Shown here in pieces: positions 24,809 through 38,789 of a DNA stretch of 64,000 nt. The notes under the pieces are model-generated. The model was not told the DNA's origin. It did not search any database and worked only from the letters and a program-made list of their open reading frames with translations. Source of the DNA: Felis catus. Its lineage: Eukaryota. Each line of letters starts with the position of its first letter. The first letter of the stretch is position 1. The position numbers and the translations under genes were made by a program. The stretch spans positions 210,492,001 through 210,556,000 of the forward strand of contig NC_058368.1 of assembly GCF_018350175.1 (NCBI RefSeq), given 5' to 3'.

Positions 24809-26112
24809 ATTTTCTTTATCCATTCATCCATTGATGGATATTTGGGCTCTTTCCATACTTTGACTATTGTTGATAGTGCTGCTATAAACATGGGGATGCA
24901 TGTGTCCCTTCAAAACAGCACACCTTTATCCCTTGGATAAATACCTAGTAGTGCAATTGCGGGTCGTAGGGTAGTTCTATTTTTAATTTTTTTAGGACCC
25001 TCCATACTGTTTTCCAGAGTGGCTGCACCAGTTTGTATTCCCACCAACAATGCAAAAGAGATTCTCTTTCTCTGCATCTTTGCCAACATCTGTTGTTGTC
25101 TGAGTTGTTAATGTTAGCCATTTTGACAGGTGTAAGGTGGTATCTCATTGTGGTTTTGATTTGTATTTCCCTGATAATGAGTGAAGTTGAGCATTTTTTA
25201 TGTGTTGGATGGCCATCTGGATGTCTTCTTTGAAGAAGTGTCTATTCATGTTCTTTTGCCCATTTCTTCACTGGATTATTTGTTTTCTGGGTGTGGAGTT
25301 TGATAAGTTCTTTATAGGTTTTGGATACTCACCCTTTATCTGATATGTCATTTGCAAATATCTTCTCCCATTCTGTCGGTTGCCTTTTAGTTTTGCTGAT
25401 TGTTTCCTTTGCTGTGCAGAAACTTTTTATTTTGATGAGGTCCCAGTAGTTCATTTTTGCTTTTGTTTCCCTTTCCTCTGGAGATGTGTTGAGTAAGAAG
25501 TTGCTGCGGGCAAGATCAAGGAGGTTTTTGTCTGCTTTCTCCTCGAGGGTTTTGATGGCTTCCTGTCTTACATTGAGGTCTTTCATCCATTTTGAGTTTA
25601 TTTTTGTGTATGGTGTAAGAAAGTGGTCCAGGTTTATTCTTCTGCATGTCACCATCCAGTTTTCCCAGCACCACTTACTGAAGAGACTGTCTTTATTCCA
25701 TTAGATATTCTTTTCTGCTTTGTCAGAGATTAGTTGGCCATACATTTGTGGGTCCATTTCTGGGTTCTCTATTCTGTTCCATTGATAGGAGTGTCTGTTT
25801 TTGTGCCAGTACCATACAGTCTTGATGATTACAGCTTTGTAGTATAGCTTGGAGTCTGGGATTGTGATGCCTCCTGCTTTGGTTTTCGTTTTCAAGATTG
25901 CTTTGGCTACTCGGGGTCTTTTCTGGTTCCATACAAATTTTAGGATTATTTGTTCTAGCTCTGTGAAGAATACTGGTGTTACTTTGATAGGGATTGCATT
26001 AAATATGTAGATTGTTTTGGGTAGTGTCAACATTTTAACAATATTTGTTCTTCCTATCCAGGAGCATGGAATCTTTTTCTGTTTTTTTTTGTTTGTTTGT
26101 TTGTTTTGTTTT

Positions 26113-26145
<33 letters not shown>

Positions 26146-28586
26146 CTTCTTCAATTTCTTTCAGAAGCTTTCTATAGTTTTCAGTGTATAGATTTTTCAC
26201 CTCTTTGGTTAGATTTATTCCTAGGTATTTTATGGTTTTTTGTGCAATTGTAAATGGGATCGATTCCTTGATTTCTATTTCTGTCACTTCATTGTTGGTG
26301 TACAGGAATGCAACCGATTTCTGTGTGTTGGTTTTATATCCTGCAACTTTGCTGAATTCATGAGTCAATTCTAGCAGTTTTTTAGTGAAATATTTTAGGT
26401 TTTCCAGATAGAGTATCATGTCATCTGTGAAGAGTGAAAGTTTGACCTCCTCCCGGCCGATTTGGATGCCTTTTATTTCTTTGTGTTGTCTGATTGCAGA
26501 GGCTCAGACTTCCAATAGTATGTTGAATAACAGTTGTGAGCGTGGACATCCCTGTCTTGCTCCTGACCTTAGGGGGAAAGGTCTCAGCTTTTCCCCATTG
26601 AGGATGACATTAGCATTGGGTCGTTCATATATGGCTTTTATGATCTCGAGGTATGCTCCTTCTATCCCTAATGTCTTGAGGGTTTTTATCAAGAAAGGAT
26701 GCTGTATTTTGTCAAATGCTTTCTCTGCATCTATTGAGAGGATCATATGGTTCTTGTCCTTTCTTTTATTGATGTGATGAATCACGTTAATTGTTTTGTG
26801 GATATTGAACCAGCCCTGCATCCCAGGTATAAATCCCACTTGGTTGTGGTGAAAATTTTTTTAATGTATTGTTGGATCCGGTTGGCTAATATCTCGTTGA
26901 GGATTTTTGCATCCATGTTCATCAGGGAAATTGGTTTATATTTCTCCTTTTTAGTGGGGTCTCTGTCTGGTTTTGGAATCAAGGTAATACTGGCTTCATA
27001 AAAAGAGTTTGGAAGTTTTCCTTCCTTTTTTATATTTTGGAGCAGCTTCAAGAGAATAAGTGTTAACTCTTCCTTAAATGTTTGGTAGAATTCCCCTGGA
27101 AAGCCACCCAGCCCTGGACTCTTGTTTTTTGGCAGATTTTTGAATACTAATTCGATTTCCTTACTGGTTATGTGTCTGTTCAAATTTTCTATTTCTTTCT
27201 GTTTCAGTTTTGATAGTGTATATGTTTCTAGGAATTTGTCCATTTCTTCCACATTGCCCATTTTATTGGCATATAATTGCTCTTAATATTCTCTTATTGT
27301 TGTTTTTATTTCTGTTGTGTTGGTTGTGATCTCTCCTCTTTCATTCTTGATTTTATTTATTTGAGTCCTTTCCTTTTTCTTTTTGATCAAACTGGCTGGT
27401 GGTTTATCAAGTTTGTTAATTCTTTCAAAGAACCAGCTTCTGGTTTCACTGATCTGTCCTACTGTTTTTTTGGTTTGGATAGCATTAATTTCTGCTCTAA
27501 TCTTTATTATTTCCTGTCTTCTTCTGGTTTGGGGTTTTATTTGTTGTTCTTTTTCCAGCTCTTTAAGGTGTAAGGTTAGGTTGTGTATCTGAGATCTTTC
27601 TTCCTTCTTTAGGAAGGCCTGGATTGCTATATACTTTCCTCTTATGACTGCCTTTGCTGCATCCCAGAGGTTTGGGGTTGTGGTGTTATCATTTTAATTG
27701 GCTTCCATATACTTTTCAATTTCCTCTTTAACTTCATGGTTAGCCTATTCATTCTTCAGTAGCATGTTCTTCAGTTTCCAAGTATTTGTTACTTTTCCAA
27801 ATTTTTTGTTGTGGTTGATTTCGAGTTTCATAGCATTGTGGTCTGAAAATATGCATGGTACGATGTTGATCTTTTTGTATTTACTTAGGGCTGATTTGTG
27901 TCCCAGTATGTGGTCTATTCTGGAGAATGTTCCATGTGCACTGGAGAAGAATGTATATTCCTCTGCTTTAGGATGAAATGTCCTGAATATATCTGTGAAG
28001 TCCATCTAGTCCAGGGTGTCATTCAAAGGCATTGTTTCCTTGTTGATTTTTTGATTAGATGATTTGTCCATTGCTGTGAGTGGGGCGTTGAAGTCTCCTA
28101 CTATTATGGTATTACTATTGATGAGTTTCTTTATGTTTGTGATTAATTGATTTATATATTTGGGTGCTGCCACATTTGGCGCATAAATGTTTACAATTGT
28201 TAGGTCTTCTTGATGGATAGACCCCTTGATTATGATATAATGCCCTTCTGCCATCTCTTGATACAGTCTTTATTTTAAAGTCTAGATTGTCTGATAAAAG
28301 TATGGCTACTCCAGCTTTCTTTTGCTGACCATTAGCATGATAGCTGCTTCTCCATCCCCTTATTTTCAATCTGTAGGTGTCTTTAGGTCTAAAGTGGGTC
28401 TCTAGTATACAGCATATAGATGGGTCTTGTTTTCTTATCCATTCTGTTACACTATGTCTTTTGATTGGAGCATTGAGTCCATTGACGTTTAGAGTGAGTA
28501 CTGAAAGTATGAATTTATTGCCATTATGATGCTTGTAAAATTGGAGTTTCTGGTGGTGTTCTCTGGTCCTTTCTAATCTTTTGCTG

Positions 28587-28628
<42 letters not shown>

Positions 28629-31451
28629 ATTTTCATCTTTTCTCCCCCTCAGTGTGTCCCACTTAAAATTTCTTGCAGGGTGGTTTAGTGGTCACAAACT
28701 CCTTTAATTTTTGTTTGTCTGGGAAAGTTTTTTATCTCTCCTTCTATTTTGAATGACAGCCTTGCTGGATAAAGAATTCTTGGCTGCATGTTTCTGATTC
28801 AGCACACTGAATATACCCCACCACTCCTTTCTGGCCTGCCAAGTTTCTGTGGGTAGGTCTGCTGCAAACCTGATCTGTCTTCCCTTGTAGGTTAGGGACT
28901 TTTTTTTCCCTTGCTGCTTTCATGATTCTCTCCTTGCTTGAGTATTTTGCGAATTTGACTACGATATGCCTTACTGATGGTCGGTTTTTGTTGAATCTAA
29001 TGAGAGTCCTCTGTGCTTCCTGGATTTTGATGTCTGTGTCTTTCTCCAAGTTAGGAAAGTTTCCTGCTATTATTTGCTCACATAATCCTTCTACCCCTTT
29101 TTCTCTCTCTTCCTCCTCTGGGACCCCTATGATTCTGATGTTGTTCCTTTTTAATGAGTCACTGATTTCTCTAATTCTTAAATCGTGCTCTTTTGTCTTA
29201 ATTTCCCTCTTTTTTTTCTGCTTCATTATTCTCTATAAGTTTGTTCTCTGTATCACTGATTCTCTGTTCTGCCTCATCCATCCTTGGTGCTGCTGCATCC
29301 ATCCGTGTTTGCAGCTCATTTATAGCATTTTTAATTTCATTCTGGCTATTTTTTACTTCTTTTATCTCTGCAGAAAGGGATTCTAATCTATTTTTGACTC
29401 CAGCTAGTATTCTTATTATGGTGATTATAAATTCTGGTTCAGACATCTTGCTTGTGTCTGTGTTGGTTAAATCCCTGGCTATCGTTTCTTTGTGCTCTTT
29501 CTTTTGGGGTGAATTCCTTCATTGCGTCATTTTGAAGGGAGAAAAGGAAGTAATGAGGCAGAAAATTGAAATTAAAAAATTTAATATTAAAGAAATATTA
29601 AAATTAAAAAATTGAAAAACACACACACACAAAAATCGAATAAATGATACTAGATCCTAGGTGTGTTTGGTCTGGGTGTTGAAAGTGGCTTGATAGATTA
29701 GAGAAAAACGGTGGGGGAGAAAAAAAGGAAATAGTTTGAGAAATTGAAAAATTGAATACACTGAAGTAGACTAAAATGAAATGTTGGGAGTAAAATAGAA
29801 TGAAAAAATTTACATAAAAGTAAAAAGTATAGTGAAAAAATTAAAGAAAAATATTTTTAATAGAGATTGAAAATAAAATGAATTTTTTCTCTTTCTGTAT
29901 TCAAGAGAAAGAAAAGAAATGAATAAGAGAAAAAAGAATAAGAAAAAAGGAAATCATTTGAAAATTTGATAAAGTGAATACACTGAAGTAGAGTAAAATA
30001 AAGTGATGGAAGTAAAATAGAATTTGAAAAAATTTACACAAAAGTAAAATATATAGTAAAAAAAGTTAAACAAAAATGTGTTTAATAAAAATTAAAAATG
30101 AATTTTTTCTTTCTGTATTCAAGAAAAAGAAAAGAAGTGAAAAAGAGAAAAAAAGGAAAGAAAATTGAATAGATGGCCGTGCTAACAGACTGAAATAGGA
30201 CTGAAATTACTTTGTTTTCTGCTAGAAGTCAGACTATGAAGCACTTTATAGTCCACACACTAAGCAGGCGGTGAGACTTGTGTTCTTCAAGAGCAAAGTT
30301 GGCCCAGTTGGGCGGGGCTTAGTGTAATGGCCTCATTTTCCAATAAATGGTGCTGCTAGCCTACTGGGGTGGAGTGTTGTGGCGCTCGTAGGTGCATATG
30401 CACATGCGTGGGAGCAGTGAAAATGGTGTCACCCCATTACCCAGTCTCTAGTATTGGAATTCTGTTCTCCCCAGTCAGCAATCGTGCACCCATCCTCTGT
30501 CTTCGGCTTTGGTCCACTGCCTGCTTCTTTACTGTCCATGACCAAGCCTCAGGCAGTATCTCTCTCCAGAGTTTTATCTCAGATGCAACTGTTTTCCCTG
30601 GCCCCTTACTTGTGAAAGACCTTGGCTTTGACCCATTCCACCCCTCTACAGGAGGGTCTCACCTCACAATGGCCGAATGTCAGCTGCACCCAGGAATACT
30701 TGCTGGACCCTGCAGCTGCCTGTGCCCCAAGACTGTGGCCAGGTGCCATCCTGCCTCAGAAAAAGTTCTCGAGATAGTGTAGCAGCAGTGTTTCAGGGAT
30801 TATGTAAAATCACAATGCACTTCAGGCACCAGGCTTCACCCTTAACAACCTTGTTCCAGCACCAGCCAATGTGGCCGTTTTCTGGGGTCTGCTGGGACCA
30901 GGTGGCCTCAACAGTTTCTACCAAATGTCCTTTTAGCAGTGGAACTGCTTTTCCTCATGTGGCCCAAGAACCTCCTGGACATCACTCTGTTCCTGGGGAT
31001 TCACCCTTCCCACCAGAGCACCGCCAGGTATCAAGCTGTGGAGTTGCAGACTTTGTGCTCCCCTTGTTTACAGTCTTAATGGAATTTAAACCCTTTCCTT
31101 TCTCCTTTCTCCCTTTTTAGTTTAGTCCCTGGGGTTGTTTCCAATTTTCCACTTTCTCTCCAGCTGCTTTTGGAGAGGGGTGTTTTTCCTGTATTCTCCC
31201 TTCCGTCCCAGTCTCCATCCTCTCTCTGCCTGCAAAAGGGGTTCCCTACTTTTTGGGGCTTCTTGCTCTCCAAGTTCAGCTCTTTGTGTCATGTACCTGC
31301 TGAATTCTGTGGTTCAGGTTGTGCAGATTGTTGTGTTAATCTTCCAATCAGTTCTCTAGGTGTGTAAGATGGTTTAGTGTTGGTCTGGCTGTATTTCATA
31401 GACGAGAGACCCACAAAAATCTTCCATGTTGTTCCATCATCTTGGCTCCTC
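24245..31451 (-). mobile_element. Full-length felid/carnivore LINE-1 nested in intron 2, antisense to UGT3A, ORFs disrupted
   Basis: Continuous minus ORF fragments covering ORF2 C-terminus, RT ([20 protein letters not shown]), EN (LNVNGLN) and ORF1 (28744-29446), then 5'UTR ending near 31450. Confidence 0.95.
29721..30160. repeat. Two diverged ~220-bp A-rich tandem units within the L1 5'UTR
   Basis: GAATACACTGAAGTAGA and AAAATGAATTTTTTCT...TTCTGTATTCAAGA each occur twice about 220 bp apart. Confidence 0.85.
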
Positions 31452-34400
31452 TATTATTTTTTATTGAAGTATAGTTGATACACAATGTGACACTAGTTTC
31501 AGATGTCTGACATAGTGATTTGCCAACTGCATATGTATGTATATGTTATGCTATGCTCACCACACGTGTAGCTACCATCTGTCACCAAACAATGCTATTA
31601 CAATTGGATCATGTGTTTTTACCCAAAGTCTGTCTTTTGATATGGGAGTTTCATGCATGTCCATTTGAAGTACTTACTGATGAGGAGAGACTTCTGTCAT
31701 TTTTCTATTTGTTTTCTATATGCCTTGCAGCTTTTTTGTTCCTCACTTTCTGTATTACTGTTTCTTTTGTGTTTAGTTGATTCTTTGTTGTGAAAATTTT
31801 AAATCCCTTTGTCATTTCCTTTTGTGTATATTCTATAGCTATTTTTTTGCGTGTGTTATCTTGGGGATTTCATTTAACCTGCTAAATCTGTGTCATTCAT
31901 TATAATTTATAGAAGTTCAAGTTTAATAACATTCAAAAATTCTGCTCCTGTAATGTGTTGTTCATGGTCACCCTCTTGGGTTGTTGACATCACAAAAATA
32001 TCTTTTTGTACATGTGTGCCCCCAGACATAAACTTTCATTAATTTAAATGAATTAGTACATTAAATTATATAGAAAACTTGATTGGTGTTACAAAGTTTA
32101 AGTAATACTTGTTTTTAAATCAATGATTTGTTTTAAAAAACGGACTAGTTTCTTTAATCATGTAGAAACCAAAAGTAGTTAGAAACTGTTGCTATAATAC
32201 TAAGTTTATATTTTTCTATGCAGTTACCTTTATTAAAATATTTATTTTTCATTCACCTTTGAGTTAGTATCTGGTGTCCTTTTGTTTTTTCCCTGGAGGA
32301 CTCCCTTGAGCATTTCTCTCAGTGTGGGCCTAGTAGTAGCAAGTTTCCTTAGGTTTTGTTTATTTGGGAATGTTTTGATTTTCCCCTCACTTTTGAGGGA
32401 CAGTGTTGCCAGATATAGAATTTTTTTTTGGCCATTCTTTTATTTTGCCACTTTGAATGTATTGGCCTGCTGACTTCTGGTCTCTAAAGTTTCTGATTAG
32501 AAATCTATTGATAATCTCATTGACAATCACTTGTATGCGATGAGTCACTTTTTTCTTGCTGCTTTTAATATTCTCTTTTTATCTTTCTAAATTTGATTAT
32601 AATATGTCTCGACTATGTGTCTGAGCTCATTTTTCTTGGAGTTGATGAGCTTGGATGTTTATATTCACATCTTTCATCCAATTTGGGAGATTTGGGAGAT
32701 CATAGCTGAAATATTCTCTCTATCCCTTTCTTTCTTTCTTCTCCTTCTGAGCATCCACAGTGCATATGTTGGATCCTTAAGCTATGTTGTCTTGTTTTCA
32801 GTCTTAACTTTACTGCTCTCCAGCCTCTATCATTTCCATTATCTTCTCTTTAGGTTCACTGTTAATTTCTTTTGCCTCAAATCTGCCTTTGAATGCCTCT
32901 AGTGAAATTTTCGTCACATTAGTTGTATTTTTCATTTCTAGAATTCATTTTTAGCTTCTTTTTTGATTTTCTATCCCTTTATTGACATTTTTATTTTGCA
33001 CACATTTTTTTTCCTCTACCTCCCCCACATCTTGCTTTAGTTCTCTGAGAATCTTTAAGGCAGTGATTTTAAAGTCATTGTCTGGTATATCTACCATCAG
33101 GTTTTTCTCAAGAACAGTTTCTGTTGATTTATTATTTTCCTCTGAATAGGCTTTCGTTTTCAGCTTCTTGGTGTGTCTTGTGATTTTTGTAGAAGACTGA
33201 ATATTTGAATCTAACCATGTGTTGAATCTGGAGATGAGACTTTCCTCCCTTCCCCAGGGTCTGCAGATTTTTGTTATTCGTTTTGTTTATTAATTTTTTT
33301 GATTGTTTTATCCTGCTGTTGTGGAAAAGATAAATATAAGATGTAGATTTCAATGTCCTCAGGTATTTTCTGGACCTTTTCCTGGTCATAAGTGGACACT
33401 TTCTTCTAATGTTCCTGGTTTATGTAGTTGTTTTCCAATGTTCTAGCCTTTAATATCTGTCTCGCATAAGGGAAAAACAGAAAAATGAGGGAGAAAAAAA
33501 GATCATCAGCCTTTTAAGATCCCTTGAAGTCCATTCAGCCAGAGGGGGGAGATGGTTGCAACAATAGGTGTAGGGATAGCAAAGACTTTGCTGCCTACTT
33601 CTTTGTCTGCACTTCTGTGATTAGAGCAGCAAGCAGCAATCAGAACCCAGATACGTGATATTTAGATTTTGTTTTTTTTGTTTTTGTTTTTTTTGTTTTT
33701 GTCCACTCTGGTTCTTGAAACCTCTGTGCATGCTGCTTTGTGAACACATGTATAGGTGCTTGCCATGTGATGGGGACAGGGGATGGATAGTTGCTACTGT
33801 GATAAAAGCTGAAATAACTGAAATTGAGTAAAATTATCTGCAATTTACATTGAAAACCTGCCCTAGAAGTTACTGCAACTCTTCAAAATAGATACTCTAG
33901 CCCGAGTCTTCTAGTTCAATTTTTATTTAATTAGGGGAGGCAGATTCCTGTTGCTCTACCATCTTCCCAGAAATTTTCCTACTATCTTTTGACCTTTTTT
34001 ATTTTTTTTACAAAATTATATATATATATATGATGTTGAATATGTGTGTGTGTGTATATAAAAGAGAATTTTCACCAGTTTCTGTTTGAATGTGTGTCCA
34101 GGAAAGCTTTTTATACATATGTGCTCAAAGTGGACCACAGGAGTACTTTCTTGACAGTGTCAGGGATGGAAAGTCCTCCACTGAACAAATAATTCTTCTT
34201 AGGAATACCTGAGGTGCTGTAGCTTCTGCTTTGTGTAAGGCAGCGGCACATCCCTCTTTGTGAGCCTCTATGTGAATTTTTGTGTCTTGAATGAGTGTGT
34301 TCGATGAATCTCTACAAAAATTGTCCACAATATAGTGTCATACACGTGCTCCTGGAGAAAGGTGAATGTGGTTAAGATCTTGCCAGCAAAGCTTATGAGC

Positions 34401-35350
34401 AAGGCTGTTGAGGTAGTCCATGAGAAGTCAGTACAAGTGATTTGTATCCTTCAAAGATGAAGGAGAAGAGAAACTGCAGCTGAGATCTTGTTGAAATAGG
34501 ATCAGAACATACTAACAAATCTATGCTTGCAAAGTATCTATTACTACTTAGATAGAGTCAGCAATTTCAGTAATATTGGAGATGGGGAGCAGGCTTAATA
34601 TGATGCATCACTGCAATAATGTTATAGTAATGTTCTGCAAGGTATCATAAATTCTTTTCAGGTTTATGAATGAATCTAAATTAAGCTATTAAATGGAAAA
34701 GCAGTGTAGATAATCACTCCTTTGCTTAATAGATCTTTTATAATGGGATTTCATCCTTAAAGCCACTGTTTCAATATGTATTGGGTTGTATTTAAAGGTT
34801 AATATGTTGGATAGATCCAAACACGTCCTTTTTTGTGAAGCTGACTATAAGTGCCAGAACTCTAATATTATTTTAATTTATGACATGTTACATAAGACAA
34901 CAATAACTATTAGTAGATGATGTAAAAGATGGTTGCTATGACTATGGGATATTTTATCCCAGTAGTTAAGACAGGGCATGGAAATTTGTCTTGTATCTAA
35001 TATTTTTGACTCCTAGTAATACAGGAATATCTACATAAATATAGAAAATATAATCATTATATCTGTTATTTTTGCCCCAGTATTGATTAAGAACACTAAT
35101 ATCACTAATCTTTGTCATTGTTTCATCTCATCCAATGTTAAAATTCATTTGGAAGTTCTGACAGAGAGGTACAAAAGCAACTTGTGCCCTTTATCAGTTG
35201 TAAATTTTTAAAAGTAATGTTAGATTCCCACACGTATCAAAACAGAACTCTGTTTTCTTTCCTGACTCTCCCACCCTGCCCATCTCCTCTCTTTCCTCTT
35301 TCTTTTGGTTGTTATTATATGTATTTTGGGGAAGTATCTGTTATAACCTG

Positions 35351-35353
<3 letters not shown>

Positions 35354-35401
<48 letters not shown>

Positions 35402-35402
35402 A
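35354..35402. repeat. (TA)n(TG)n microsatellite
   Basis: Directly visible. Confidence 0.93.
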
Positions 35403-36732
35403 TAAGCTTCTTCTTCAGAATATCCCCATTAGTATCATCAAAGTTAGGGGTCTCCCCATGGATAATTTTGAGACATGTGAAATTAATTCGAACTAACTCC
35501 TTGAAATAACTCCATGGGCATGTCATCAGTCTTTTTCTCTATTACTGTGTTAATCAAGATTTTCCTCTAGCTACAAGATAATCAGCAGCAGCAGAAAAGT
35601 CATTTTCTAAGGTTCTAGCACACCATCTACTTTTGCAGGTATCGATCTCATCATACCACTTGGTAACTACCCTTCTTTACATCATTCCGTGCACTTGTAA
35701 ATTGCTATCAATTCTACTCTGGAGGACCATTCTTAAGGGGGCAATACCTGACTGCGACACACAGTCACAGAATTCTACCTAGCCTAGTGTCAATCACAGC
35801 TCATGCTGGAATCCAGAAACAAAATCCAATCTGATACAGAAAATAGGTTTGTGTGAGACACATAATCAAGACCATGTAAAGACTAAACCCATACTTTTGT
35901 CTCTAAATACCAATTGTGGAAGCTTCTGAGTGGGATGGAGGTGAGGATCCCCCTAACGTGGGTCTGGCCTGCTTGGCTTGAAAATCTTAGTCACACAAGG
36001 GAGGGCATGTTGAGTCTTTCCTCTAAGTTTTTCAGGATATGTCACGGAAGGTTAAGGGAGAGATGAAGCTTGAAAGCTGTCAGCAGTCTAACTTCAAAAA
36101 TGGTGTTACACTTTTTATTACACAGGAGTTATGGGGGAAATGCCAGGATGGTAAGTAAGGCTGCAGAAGACTGCAATTTTTAACTGCAATTTTTAATTTA
36201 GAAGACTAAATTTTTAATTTAGGCATTGGTATTTTTTGGCAGAATGAAAAACCTCTGCATGTTTCACTTTTAATTTTAATGAAAATGATTTCTTTTTCTA
36301 AGTGATAAATGACAGGGGAACGGGTATAAAATAAGGTCTGTATTTAAATATAAGGTATGCCATTCACTATACGTGCAATCCTGACAAATTATCTGGCACT
36401 CCTTTCATCTCTGTTTTCTCACCTATAAAATGATGAATAGTTATACCTTTATGTGAAAACTTTAAATAGAATCCTGAAGTACTTTAAAATGAATAAAAGT
36501 GTCTAAACCTATTAACAGGTTATCAATAAATATTGGCAGGTTGTGTGATTGAAGAAATGAGAAAGCAGAAAAAAACCATACAAAATAGAAGTTCAGTAAG
36601 GGAACATTTGAAAATATTTACAATAATTGGAATAAATAAACCATGATATCCTCATGCGAATGTTAATTTGGGTTGTATGGCATAATTAAAAATTTTCCTA
36701 TTGGTGTTTTATTTTTTACCCTCTTTTTTAAG

Positions 36733-36841
36733 AAAAGGGTGAAACATCATATGAAGTTATCAGTTGGCTTCCACCTGAAGATCATAAAAAAGAATTCAAG
36801 AAATGTTTTGATTTCCTTGTGACAGAAACTTTGCATGGCAG
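36733..36841 (+). CDS. UGT3A: UGT3A exon 3 (EKGETSYEVISWLPPEDHKKEFKKCFDFLVTETLHGR)
   Basis: SYEVISWLPPEDH resembles UGT3A exon 3; donor GGCAG|GTAATT at 36842. The nearest frame-preserving acceptor is ttttttaag|AA, giving 109 nt. The 5' boundary is less certain than the 3'. Confidence 0.85.
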
Positions 36842-37694
36842 GTAATTTCTTTTATTCTCTGCTTGAAAGACTTACCGTTTTAGCGATTTAAATGAATGGT
36901 TGGATACATAGATACTTGGAGTGAGTTTAAGAGCAATGGATAGATGAATGGATGAATGGATAGATGGGGAGATCAATGACAGGGGGCAGAGGATAAATGG
37001 AGTAGATGAATTTTTACTCGCAATTATTCAGTCTGTGTAGTGTGCCTCTTCCACTGAAAGTAGGAATGCATTTCTGTATATGAGGGGGATTGTTCCTTTT
37101 GGATCTTCCTGGCAACACTTCACCTACAGTGTTTGCATATTCTCCACCACACAGATGGTGGATAGACAATTTAATTTCTCATTGTTGGTATGCAAATGGG
37201 AGTCGCCATATTATACTTATTTTTCCTCCCACTTCCTCACATAAATTCAAGAATAGAAAAATGCTTATAAATATTGATTTCTTATACCTCAAACCAGTGT
37301 CTTTTAAACTCGTTTAAGAAACCAAATATCTTGGTGATACACAATGAGTGAGTAACCTGAGAGCTTTGCCATTACCTAGAATGTATAGAAAGTTCTTCAT
37401 GTTTGACATCAGAGGGGAAGACACAAATTCATTCCTTGCTTAATACAGTGGCTTAATGTCCATCCCCCTTCTTCCTTAGAAATTCTGTTTGCTAGTAGGT
37501 GGTCATAAAATATGGCTTTTTTATAAAGTCATTTTCCTTAGTCAAACTAGACTCCAAATTTTCTCATATATAAGAGATCTGATCTAAAGTACTGATTTGA
37601 AATTTTGTCTATATCATCTTATCTTGTTATTGATACATTTTTAAATTCTGTATCTCATCTCTTCTTCCTTAAACTGATTACCTTGAAGGCCGTG

Positions 37695-37905
37695 TTTTTT
37701 TTTTAAATGTTTATTTTATTTTTGAGAAAGAGAGAGACAGTGAGAGCAGGGGAGGAGCAGAGAGATAGGGAGACACAGAATCCGAAGCAGGCTCCAGGCT
37801 CTGAGCTGTCAGCACAGAGCCTGACGCGGGGCTGGAACTCACAGAACGTGAGATCATGACCTGTGCTGAAGTCGGACGCTTAACCGACTGAGCCACCCTG
37901 CCGCC
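37695..37905 (-). mobile_element. CanSINE in intron 3
   Basis: Reverse SINE flanked by TGAAGGC..GTTTT duplicates. Confidence 0.92.
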
Positions 37906-38789
37906 CTGAAGGCTGGTTTTATATATATGTCACATATGGTATAATATACCAAGCACAGTGCTTTCCTATATTTTTTTTAATTAACTTAATTTCTGACATG
38001 ATTAATGTTCTACTTTTAAGGAATTTGTACTTCACATTTTACATTTGTCACCAATATTTAGCAGCACTGTTCGGGTAAAATCACTTAAAATATAATAGAG
38101 AATAATTTCAGCTAATCACCTGTTATCACATGAAGTTGATTTTAACCCCCAGGTGTAGATCTGCATATTGCCAATGAGTTCTCACCTGTGGGCTTTCTTT
38201 CAGTGGGCTGACATAGTGTGGTGTTGTACAGGTTACAGGTTGGCCAGGCCATTGATTCTCTTAGTTCTTCATTCAAATGGTTGGCCCATGGGTCACCAAA
38301 GTACTTGTACCTGTAACCTCTGGTCAGGAACATTCTCATCTATTTGTCCCTATGCTGCATAAAAAGGATCATTTTCCTTGCAGACACTGATGCAAAAACA
38401 TTGAAGCAGAATGGTTCCTGGAACAGTGCCATAGACCAGAGTCTTAATAGATATTGGTAAAATTTTAGCATGAACTTTTGTGAAAACTCCAGCTGGGTAT
38501 GAAGTGGAAAGGATAGTAGTTAGCTTCACAAAGGCTTTTATTTTTGTTTGTTTTAAATGTTAATCTTTTCTGGTAGGAAGACGTAAATCTCATGTTCAGC
38601 TTAGAATTAGAATTCAAATATTGCCATCAGAAAGTTCCTTGTGTGAGGCAATCTATCAAATTCAGGCTATTCTCAATTTCAACTAAAAGGGCTATATCAT
38701 GAATATTGATGTCATGAAGTTATTTCCACAGTTCACTTAGGAAACAGGACAGTCACTGATAAAAAGTCAGTATACAAATGAAAGTTAAA

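Larger units (their letters stand above)
20030..33972 (-). mobile_element. Old fragmented L1M host element in intron 2, split by younger insertions
   Basis: L1M-type 3' end near 20030; EN-like ORFs 23179-23409 (ENTAYQNLW) and 23543-23731 (TDIYRTL); resumes near 31605 with ORF1-like sequence; 5'-end-like ccatcttcccagaa at about 33960-33972. May be more than one element. Confidence 0.65.

Noticed and set aside
34100..34520. Non-repeat-looking stretch in intron 2 considered as a processed pseudogene or extra exon (also 38140-38400)
   Set aside because: No sustained ORF, recognisable protein similarity or convincing splice pair; a database search would be needed to say more.
36727..36732. Calling the UGT3A gene a pseudogene because of the in-frame TAA at 36729-36731
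   Set aside because: The TAA is intronic if the AG at 36731-36732 is used; all seven exons then splice into an uninterrupted 521-aa ORF.
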